Made by a program: the position numbers and the translations under genes. This document shows positions 23,220-34,227 of a DNA stretch of 64,000 nucleotides, in pieces. How positions within the stretch are numbered: position 1 is the first letter of the stretch; each line of letters starts with the position of its first letter. The notes beneath the pieces are model-generated. The model saw nothing but the letters and a program-made list of their open reading frames with translations. It was not told the DNA's origin and made no database searches. This stretch comes from Antedon mediterranea (lineage: Eukaryota; Animalia; Echinodermata): positions 18,572,912 through 18,636,911 of the forward strand of contig NC_092675.1 in NCBI RefSeq assembly GCF_964355755.1, read 5' to 3'.

Positions 23220-26200
23220 TCAAAAATAGCATTTGATTGACCTAGGCCATTTAAAAGGCCACTCGTACTCATTAGGTACAATACCATTAACATTAGACTC
23301 AAAATAATAAAACATAGGAAACCAAACTTGTGCTCTTCTATCTGCATGGTGCAATGTTTTGTTATTCGCAAGTGTATGATAATAAAGAAATAAACGAGAC
23401 GAAATATAAAAAGCTATGACAACATCAATTGAATAATGTTCATGGCCTGCTAAGATAAAGAAAATGCCAAACAGATTGAGAACCCATGTCAGTGTGTGAA
23501 GAAGAGTAAACCTTCGCGGGGTGTCTGCAAAAGAGAATTAAATAAAATCACATTAGAAAGTAAGCCATGACCTGGAATGGCTGTTAAACATACGGGGGAA
23601 GTACACATATGTTGGCCACATGTTGCTAAAGGTTCTGAGTTTTTAAGCTGAGTGAAGCAGTTAAGATATGACAACTGGTGAGTACCACACATAATAATAA
23701 TGATGATAAGTTGAATAATGATAATAAATTAAATAATGTTCAATCCTATAGACGACTTTGGTCGCTTTGCGTTAAATGTTGATGTTAAAATATTATTAAA
23801 GGGGGATTCTGGGTTTAAAATTGCTTTTAAATATCGTTTATTTATTAAATAAAAAATATTATAACAATATAGACATGTCAGAATGAAGAAGTAATAACGA
23901 GAAATTAAAAAAATTAAATTTCATACATTTTAGGGTAAATTCATGGAAAGTCTGTTTTTCAGCAGCTTAGGGAAGCTCATTAATATTCATGAGATATTCA
24001 CAAAATCACGTCGCCAGTGGATTCCAAACTCGCGACGTCATGTACGTTGTCTTTGTCAACTAATTTCCCGACTAATTTACATCTCTCTCCCCTGTCAAAC
24101 GACGACCACCCGATCATTGTGAAATACATTTTTTGTAGATTTTCTAAGCTAGGCCTAAAGTGTAATAATAACAGTAGTAGCATATATTTATTTGACATTT
24201 AATGAAATACCAAATTTAGTACAGATTACGGAGTCATAAATTATACTATTTTTATACCTCTATAGTACAGATTGTATTATCGGCTTCACGTACAATACTA
24301 CTCGAGGCCTAGCCTAATGGGCGAGAGCCATTCTGACTAGGGATTCCATGCCATGATGGCTACGTTAAAACAGTGGGGCCCATAGGCCTAGCTAGCCTAC
24401 TACTAGACGATTGGCCCATAAATAATAAAACCCATCCTATCAACCAAACTCATAAACAATCTAAACCTAAAACGTTCTACAAAATCGGCTGTAAATATTG
24501 AAGCAAAACAAGGTCCGATCGCCGTCCACACGTATGGTGTCCCGATCGTCTAAAATAAAATAGGCTTAGTTTACTCTCCAAAAAAGCGGATACTCATGCA
24601 TCAAGCAAGTAGACCAGGTAGTAGGAAGGAGACCTAGCCGATCCGGCCCAGTTAAAAATTGAGCTAGCTAGTGTAGTAGACCATATGCGAATTGATACTA
24701 CCAGGCCTTTTACTATAGACTGCACTACACAAATATTCCAACTCTCTCATTTGAGCTATATTATCTATACCATTCCGGTAGGTCGAGTCAACCTTCAATC
24801 AAATACTGTATATCGTTCATGTTGTGATTATAGACGGGGTATACTCGACCCGACCAGTTTGGTATTGTTGAATCTGCTTATCACGTGACGATGCCAGGCA
24901 TGGGCAGCAGAGAGAGCACGTGTATCGTCGTCTCGCTCGATCCTCAGCAGGAATGTACAGTATACGTTACGCTTCATTGATTTTGATTTTTCCCTAAGTC
25001 GGTGCGAAAATCGGCAAACGTAAAGTGCAAACATATCTAATTTTTCACTATTTTGATGAATTTTCATTAAAAAATGACTTTATAAATGGGAAGACCGACT
25101 AAAATTACATCAGATAAGTATAATTTTACAAAAGTAATTGATATGGTTAATGATAACGAGTCGTCGGAAGATGGACCATTTCACGAATTTCCTATTTTGT
25201 AACCACAGTGTGATTTTGCCGTAGCTGCACTTGTAATCTGGCCTGATTTTACAGCTTTCGTTCTGCTTCACTGGGCGCTTATATAAATTGAAACTTTTAC
25301 CGTTCAAGAGACAAACAAATATATTTTACATTTTTTACTATTCATTTTAAACCCGGAACCCCCCTTTAAATAAATAATAATGACAACAACAATTATAAAT
25401 AAATTATATATAAATAAAATACACAATGTGGAAGCTCTGATGAAGTATTGCAAGATCAAAAACAATGCAATATTTTGAAATAGCTGTATGAGTAATAAAT
25501 ACAAATAATACTGCCGATACTATCAATGCCACTAATAAATTTCCTGATACCCTATGACGTCATTTTTATGTTATGAGCATGCGCAAGTCGACCGACACGT
25601 CAACTTTTTTGGACTGAGTACGAATGGACGTTTTAAAATCATAAAACTGTAAAAAGATGGCGGAGAATGATCTCACGATGATTTTTAAGAATTTAGAATT
25701 GCATTTTTTGTCGATGAGTAACAGTTGTAATTCAAATCTCAAAGTCTAACGTCTTTAGATTGGTTTACCTAAATACTAGTTATGTTTTCATTCTCCACAT
25801 CAATAATATTGTTTGCCTAAAATAACCAACATTAGATAAACAAAAGTATACCTACATTCAGTAATAAACATGTTTGACATGGTAAGACAAACAGTGTGTC
25901 CACTGAACATATAATCACCGCATGTGTGTACTCCAGTAAGAGACATACCCAGTCCAAATGAAATTTCAAATGCCCTATTTAATTTGGTCCATATGTCACC
26001 ATATACCTTATTAAGAAACAAAAAAGATTGTAAGTTACCAGTTATGATTTTCGAAATATGCTATCCCTGGGTGCAATGAAGGACTTACATTATAAACAGG
26101 AATGTGTGTATACTAAATATTGCAATAAATATGTGACCTACAGTATTATAAATTCATTGTTTATGGTATTGTAAGCCACCCAAGCTCACCATAAACACAC

Positions 26201-27627
26201 ACATAAGACTAGGCTTGCTTAGCACTATACACTTTTACTAAAAAACATCTCTTCCAGTTTTTGAAATCTTAGTTCTACCTCTGGGACTACAAAAAAAGAC
26301 AAAAAAAAATACTATTTACCTTTCCAGCACACTGTAAGTGGATTCCAGGCACTGAGAGGGATGTTACAAACATTGTAACACACCGTAATAGAAACACAGT
26401 ACCAAGTAGTGCAAAGCAACGGCGCAAGACAATAAACCTAAAAAAATAATGTTTTAAAGATCAGTTACAATCAATAACAAAACAAACATTATTTCTCAAA
26501 GGTTAGGCCAAATAACAAGAAGTTCCCTCCCACTATATAAAAATGACTTTTAACCAAGGCTATTTAAATATTTTTTTCGAATCCTTCGATTTTTCATAGC
26601 AAACAACATGATTGTGGTCATCAACCTAAATAGCTAAAGCTCTTCATAAAAAAAAAGAATTTAAAATCCTGGACATGAAACTAACAATTCTTTTGGACTT
26701 CAATCTATTTATGATCAAACTCTATCAGTAAGGTTTGCATACATGTATAATTAAGTATCACTCTTGTTTGAGATGTCAATGATTGAATACAGTCTTATTT
26801 TCATCTGAAAGCTCTGTCTACACTATCAAACTAGTTTGACAAAAAAGTGTGATGTTCCCAAATATGGTAGTGACATGCCCAAATATGGTAGTGATATGTG
26901 ACAAAAAATGGACATGATGATGTCATATCACTATCATATTTGGGAACATCATTACCATATTTGGGCACATCACACAAACTAGTTTGATAGATAGTGTAGA
27001 CAGCACACATATTTACCTATGTTTATGTATAAATATTGTAATCGAGAAAATTGATGCAAGGATTAATCCGCACATCTCACATGCTTGAAAAGCCCATGGT
27101 ATCATAGGCACACTGTCCAGAAAAATGTCAGGTAGAGGAGGGTACTTTGTCATATCTGGAACACGGTCATGTACAACTACCATTACAAAAGCTGTCAGAA
27201 GGGCTACAACAAAAGCATAAACAAAACTGATAACTGTCTTGTGTATTTCACGTTCAAACTTTGGTTTATTAATATCTGTGGAATCTTGATATTGTACGTT
27301 TTTTTTTGATCGTATATTTCTGCGGCGTAAATGAATAAAATCCCCTGAACTTGGTTTTCCATTTGTTTTGAAGGTGTCAATGCTGTCATATTCACTGGTT
27401 TGGTTGGTTTGAAGTGTAGAAATAAGAAGATAAAGCCTTTTAATGTCTCCTAATATTTTTAATTGTAGTGGTGGAGTTTTTAGGTCATCCTCATTGAGTA
27501 ATAAAAGAGCTTTCCCATCGATTTTATGCTTGTCACAGAGAATCTTGCTATATTGTTGAAATCCATTGTGAATCAGCCATTGCTCTACATCAGAGCAAGT
27601 CCAAGTACTAGCAGATGTAGAATACAT
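23220..27627 (-). CDS. SAMD8: Sphingomyelin synthase-related protein SMSr (ceramide phosphoethanolamine synthase), intact copy. Exons 27627-27017, 26437-26320, 26006-25856, 23524-23220
   Basis: N-terminal SAM domain ([19 protein letters not shown]), [33 protein letters not shown], catalytic motifs [10 protein letters not shown] and HEHYSIDV, and [20 protein letters not shown] junctions are in frame. Confidence 0.95.
23800..25365. mobile_element. Kolobok-type non-autonomous element in a SAMD8 intron
   Basis: TTAA|AGGGGGATTCTGGGTTTAAAAT ... ATTTTAAACCCGGAACCCCCCT|TTAA. Confidence 0.75.
26808..27004. mobile_element. MITE family A copy in a SAMD8 intron (duplicated at 32035-32231)
   Basis: AAAGCTCTGTCTACACTATCAAACTAGTTTG...AAACTAGTTTGATAGATAGTGTAGACAG. 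Confidence 0.85.
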
Positions 27628-28429
27628 ATTGAAAAGAATACCTCTGAAAAGAAACCATCATTATTGATGAAATTAAATCAAAACCAATTAATAATAATAT
27701 ACTGTATGATAATGTGTGAACATAAAATTAAATTTGTGAAAAGAACACAATTATTATAGTACACAATACAGAATAAATATACTGTATTATAACAAATTAA
27801 TTAGTTAGGCTAGCTAGGTCATCTAATCACTGGCTAAGCTAGCCAAACTAGCTAGGCCGACAAGTAGGATAGCTATCTGGTTAGCCCAGAGATTTGTAAT
27901 TAGACTACTGTAGCTCCCTACTACACAGACTACTACTACTAACTATAATAGTTTTAGTACAGACTACTAACAAAGTAAACTAGCCTAGCCGGCTCATCAA
28001 GACAAGAGGCTAATAATAATGAAAAGGCTAGCCTACTACTAGAAGCAAAGACTGTATAGCGCCGCTCGCACAACAATCTTTGCTACAAGGGCCTAGCACT
28101 GCAGTAGCTAGTCTACAGTACAGCTTAGAACAGTACAGTACAGTACAGGGGATCCGTCTACACTCTCAATCCTAACAAGGGCCTACTAGGCTAGTCTATA
28201 GGTACGTAGGGCCAGGGCCAGGCCTATCTAGCCTACTAGCTAGACGGACAAGTCGCGCCGTAAAACATGGTTTACTATTCCTCAAGGTATGTGAGGAGAA
28301 ACTACTGTTTTTTGGAATATTCTTACATTTACAACAAAAAGGCTGGTCTGATAAGCGTAGGCCTCTACTATCTAATAAATAAGTAGGAGGTAGGCCTAGA
28401 AATGTGTGTAGAACGCCCATCATACCTGC

Positions 28430-28960
28430 CAGCACATGACACGCTCCGTGGGCGTTTTGAGGCCAAAGGTTATAAAGAGTTACCATTTCCCTCTTAACCT
28501 ACATTAATATGGTAATTTTAGATCGTCGGTTATTTAATTGTTAAAGCATTATAAAAAACGTATTAATAATATAAATGTTAACAAATTAAATTTTAACTAA
28601 TAAAAAAAGTGTAAGCAATAAAACAAAAATCAAATATTATTATTGTTATATTGTGCATAATTCCCATTACCAAAATGGAGCTTTCTTCCTCATAAATATT
28701 CATTTGACAATAATGTCAAAAAGATTATTCAAGCGTAGAAATGACAACAATGGAAGGCATGTTCTTTGTAAAACTCGGCCAAAAAGCTTAATAATGCGTA
28801 ATAAAAGCCACGTAGCACTGAGGTAAAGGTCTTTTGCTAATTAACAGGAAATCTTCTATTTTTTGAACAGAAAATTTCTTTTAACCCGTAATGTAAAATT
28901 GTCAATTCTTATTGATTGTGGAGACGATCAACCTGGGTCCTGGATTTGATAAACAGGATA
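28430..28960. promoter_or_regulatory. Putative bidirectional promoter region SAMD8/PLA2G12-like (duplicated at ~33670-34200)
   Basis: The genes are divergent with ~1.35 kb between start codons. A minus-strand donor CAG|GTATGA near 28427 and an acceptor at 27644-27645 imply a SAMD8 5' UTR exon. Confidence 0.5.
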
Positions 28961-28986
28961 GCGAGATGCAGATAAGTAGTAGCAAG

Positions 28987-30806
28987 ATGTATTGGGAAAA
29001 TCTAGGCCTACTCACGATGGTAATAATGTTTACGAACTACTGTGCTGCAAGTGACTTCCAGTTGCCACCCGAACTAAACGACGGTGTACAGCTAAGCCCC
29101 GAAAAATCAGCACGAGTTATTGAGAGTATAAAAAAGCTGGGCGAATTGTATGACAAGGCTGACATTGGAAACAAAAACCAAAATATTGACTGTGGATTTT
29201 ATTGTCCAACAGGTAGGCATCCATTATCAAATAACTAAACATGTGATTCATTTACCTGGCATGCATTAAATAGTTATATGTTTTTGTTAGGCCTATTTAC
29301 ATCCTATAGTAACCCATAATATCAAAGGACATATAACATGTAAGTTCTTTGATAATATTAATTAAAAACAATTAAAGATAAACTTGGATAATGGCACAGC
29401 TATTTTATATTACCAAAAATAAAAGTTAAAATTGTGCATACAAAAGTATATGAACCATTAATTGAGTGCAATAAATACAGTATATATGATGAATGAATTC
29501 CATTAATATTAGGTAAACAAATATGCAAGCAGTTATAAATTCATTTAGTAGATTTTATTGTTAAATCAAAACTTAAAATGGAACAAATAAATACATTTTT
29601 TCGAAATTATATTTCAGATCTTATAGCCGTTGAAAAACCAAAACATAAAGTCTATCCAGATGGCTGTGGAAACCCAGAAAACAAGGTACTGTATTATTTC
29701 TGTAGTTACAGATACAGGTGTCATTTGGAATCTTTTGGAGAATAAAAACATAGGCTGCTTTAAGACATGAACAAGATCTCTTACAGTTGGATTGACCTAA
29801 CTAAAGGGTCTTTCACACTTGTTCCGGTCCGGGGCCGGCAAATCCAATTGAACGTCAATGTTTTGTTTTTACGTGGCTACGCGCATATCGATTGGCGCAT
29901 AGCCGCGTAGAGCATCGTGAAAACGAAACATTGGCGTTCGATTTGCCGGACCGGAACCGTGTCGGAACAGGTGTGAAAGACCCTTTAGTGCCTAGAAGCA
30001 AGACTAATATACTGTATCTCAATGTCCAGATCCAAAACGGTTGATCCCGAAATTTGCAATTGTTGCTTTGTGATCAACATACTACACTTCACTCCACTCA
30101 TGGAAATTCCTTCCAGAACCTATCAAGACATGTTTTCTATAATATTTATAGGTCTATGATATAAGTATTATGAACTTTTAGAAGTTTACAAAGATGTTCA
30201 GACGTCATGTGGTTGTAAAATAACCTAATCATCTGAACTCAGCGAAATGTGAAACTGATTATTTTAAACTGTTGTATATATTTGTGTTACTTTTTCTGTA
30301 TTTAAGTTTATTTCATTTTTACACTCTAGTGGGTCGGAGAGTCACTCGATAGTGTTTTATTTCACTTTTTGACAATCCCGTCTACCCCCTAAAGTGCTCT
30401 GTACCCTGTGATTTTTATTATTTAAAAAAGACGAAATAAATGAAATGACATCAGATGCTATCACCCCCTACCCTTTTTGCTTTTTTTGTTATCATTTTAA
30501 TTTCATGTTTCATAAGCCATGTTTATTCAGCCTTGTGTAAACAATTCATTTGCATTTCGTAATTTGAAATACACAGAGAGTTATACAAGTTGCAATCTGT
30601 ACATTCAATTTTGTTTATAATTGTTTTTCTTCAGCTTGATTTTCCAGTTGTACCTGAAATTATAAAATGCTGTGATACACATGACATCTGTTATGGAACC
30701 TTTGGAAAAGTTAAACAAATATGCGATAAACATTTGCACACGTGCATGGAAACAGAATGTAGAACTGCTATGAAATCTCTTGGGTTTAAAGAATCACAAG
30801 AACAAG
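28987..30806 (+). pseudogene. Truncated duplicate of the group XII PLA2-like gene (exons 28987-29212, 29618-29685, 30635-30806; no own exon 4)
   Basis: Identical to exons 1-3 of the downstream copy. The duplication breakpoint lies in intron 3. Confidence 0.75.
29802..29987. mobile_element. Fully palindromic MITE in PLA2 intron 2 (duplicated at ~35043-35228)
   Basis: TAAAGGGTCTTTCACACTTGTTCCG ... CGGAACAGGTGTGAAAGACCCTTTA, and the internal arms are also complementary. Confidence 0.88.
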
Positions 30807-31185
30807 GTAATATACAGTAGTACAATAAAAAAAAATTTTTACCAAAAAATGTGTCCTTCCACAACGTTGTATTATATACTAGGCCTAAAAAAGAAATAAA
30901 ATATGTTCAGTTAAAGAAAAATATTTTAGTATTTAAGAAATATGTACAGGTCAGCATAATTAATAAAGATATTCAGAAAAATAAATTATTGACATTTTGC
31001 CCTTACATTTTGTGATGGTATTATAGTAGCCTACTATAGTAAAGGGTTTATGGATAGTTAATTCTACAGCCCTCCTTTCCTTGGCCCCCTCTATTTTGAT
31101 ATCCATGATCCATCACTGATCATTTATTTTGTGTCGGCAGCTGTGAGTCAGAAAGAAGGGGAGTGGGTTAATCATGCATTATTGT

Positions 31186-32854
31186 TTAAATTTCAAATGC
31201 CCTATTTAATTTGGTCCATATGTCACCATATACCTTATTAAGAAACAAAAAAGATTGTAAGTTACCAGTTATGATTTTCGAAATATGCTATCCCTGGGTG
31301 CAATGAAGGACTTACATTATAAACAGGAATGTGTGTATACTAAATATTGCAATAAATATGTGACCTACAGTATTATAAATTCATTGTTTATGGTATTGTA
31401 AGCCACCCAAGCTCACCATAAACACACACATAAGACTAGGCTTGCTTAGCACTATACACTTTTACTAAAAAACATCTCTTCCAGTTTTTGAAATCTTAGT
31501 TCTACCTCTGGGACTACAAAAAAAGACAAAAAAAAATACTATTTACCTTTCCAGCACACTGTAAGTGGATTCCAGGCACTGAGAGGGATGTTACAAACAT
31601 TGTAACACACCGTAATAGAAACACAGTACCAAGTAGTGCAAAGCAACGGCGCAAGACAATAAACCTAAAAAAATAATGTTTTAAAGATCAGTTACAATCA
31701 ATAACAAAACAAACATTATTTCTCAAAGGTTAGGCCAAATAACAAGAAGTTCCCTCCCACTATATAAAAATGACTTTTAACCAAGGCTATTTAAATATTT
31801 TTTTCGAATCCTTCGATTTTTCATAGCAAACAACATGATTGTGGTCATCAACCTAAATAGCTAAAGCTCTTCATAAAAAAAAAGAATTTAAAATCCTGGA
31901 CATGAAACTAACAATTCTTTTGGACTTCAATCTATTTATGATCAAACTCTATCAGTAAGGTTTGCATACATGTATAATTAAGTATCACTCTTGTTTGAGA
32001 TGTCAATGATTGAATACAGTCTTATTTTCATCTGAAAGCTCTGTCTACACTATCAAACTAGTTTGACAAAAAAGTGTGATGTTCCCAAATATGGTAGTGA
32101 CATGCCCAAATATGGTAGTGATATGTGACAAAAAATGGACATGATGATGTCATATCACTATCATATTTGGGAACATCATTACCATATTTGGGCACATCAC
32201 ACAAACTAGTTTGATAGATAGTGTAGACAGCACACATATTTACCTATGTTTATGTATAAATATTGTAATCGAGAAAATTGATGCAAGGATTAATCCGCAC
32301 ATCTCACATGCTTGAAAAGCCCATGGTATCATAGGCACACTGTCCAGAAAAATGTCAGGTAGAGGAGGGTACTTTGTCATATCTGGAACACGGTCATGTA
32401 CAACTACCATTACAAAAGCTGTCAGAAGGGCTACAACAAAAGCATAAACAAAACTGATAACTGTCTTGTGTATTTCACGTTCAAACTTTGGTTTATTAAT
32501 ATCTGTGGAATCTTGATATTGTACGTTTTTTTTTGATCGTATATTTCTGCGGCGTAAATGAATAAAATCCCCTGAACTTGGTTTTCCATTTGTTTTGAAG
32601 GTGTCAATGCTGTCATATTCACTGGTTTGGTTGGTTTGAAGTGTAGAAATAAGAAGATAAAGCCTTTTAATGTCTCCTAATATTTTTAATTGTAGTGGTG
32701 GAGTTTTTAGGTCATCCTCATTGAGTAATAAAAGAGCTTTCCCATCGATTTTATGCTTGTCACAGAGAATCTTGCTATATTGTTGAAATCCATTGTGAAT
32801 CAGCCATTGCTCTACATCAGAGCAAGTCCAAGTACTAGCAGATGTAGAATACAT
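31186..32854 (-). pseudogene. SAMD8: Truncated SAMD8 duplicate (exons 32854-32244, 31664-31547, 31233-31186), ~258 aa
   Basis: Exons are identical to the intact copy, but exon 3 is cut by the junction to give ..RAFEI-TAA. Confidence 0.8.
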
Positions 32855-34227
32855 ATTGAAAAGAATACCTCTGAAAAGAAACCATCATTATTGATGAAAT
32901 TAAATCAAAACCAATTAATAATAATATACTGTATGATAATGTGTGAACATAAAATTAAATTTGTGAAAAGAACACAATTATTATAGTACACAATACAGAA
33001 TAAATATACTGTATTATAACAAATTAATTAGTTAGGCTAGCTAGGTCATCTAATCACTGGCTAAGCTAGCCAAACTAGCTAGGCCGACAAGTAGGATAGC
33101 TATCTGGTTAGCCCAGAGATTTGTAATTAGACTACTGTAGCTCCCTACTACACAGACTACTACTACTAACTATAATAGTTTTAGTACAGACTACTAACAA
33201 AGTAAACTAGCCTAGCCGGCTCATCAAGACAAGAGGCTAATAATAATGAAAAGGCTAGCCTACTACTAGAAGCAAAGACTGTATAGCGCCGCTCGCACAA
33301 CAATCTTTGCTACAAGGGCCTAGCACTGCAGTAGCTAGTCTACAGTACAGCTTAGAACAGTACAGTACAGTACAGGGGATCCGTCTACACTCTCAATCCT
33401 AACAAGGGCCTACTAGGCTAGTCTATAGGTACGTAGGGCCAGGCAGGGAGGGCCAGGCCTATCTAGCCTACTAGCTAGACGGACAAGTCGCGCCGTAAAA
33501 CATGGTTTACTATTCCTCAAGGTATGTGAGGAGAAACTACTGTTTTTTGGAATATTCTTACATTTACAACAAAAAGGCTGGTCTGATAAGCGTAGGCCTC
33601 TACTATCTAATAAATAAGTAGGAGGTAGGCCTAGGCCTAGAAATGTGTGTAGAACGCCCATCATACCTGCCAGCACATGACACGCTCCGTGGGCGTTTTG
33701 AGGCCAAAGGTTATAAAGAGTTACCATTTCCCTCTTAACCTACATTAATATGGTAATTTTAGATCGTCGGTTATTTAATTGTTAAAGCATTATAAAAAAC
33801 GTATTAATAATATAAATGTTAACAAATTAAATTTTAACTAATAAAAAAAGTGTAAGCAATAAAACAAAAATCAAATATTATTATTGTTATATTGTGCATA
33901 ATTCCCATTACCAAAATGGAGCTTTCTTCCTCATAAATATTCATTTGACAATAATGTCAAAAAGATTATTCAAGCGTAGAAATGACAACAATGGAAGGCA
34001 TGTTCTTTGTAAAACTCGGCCAAAAAGCTTAATAATGCGTAATAAAAGCCACGTAGCACTGAGGTAAAGGTCTTTTGCTAATTAACAGGAAATCTTCTAT
34101 TTTTTGAACAGAAAATTTCTTTTAACCCGTAATGTAAAATTGTCAATTCTTATTGATTGTGGAGACGATCAACCTGGGTCCTGGATTTGATAAACAGGAT
34201 AGCGAGATGCAGATAAGTAGTAGCAAG

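Noticed and set aside
28196-28486. 96-104 aa minus-strand ORF upstream of SAMD8 (both copies)
   Set aside because: No homology cues, it spans a predicted 5' UTR exon/intron boundary, and an 8-bp indel changes its frame between copies
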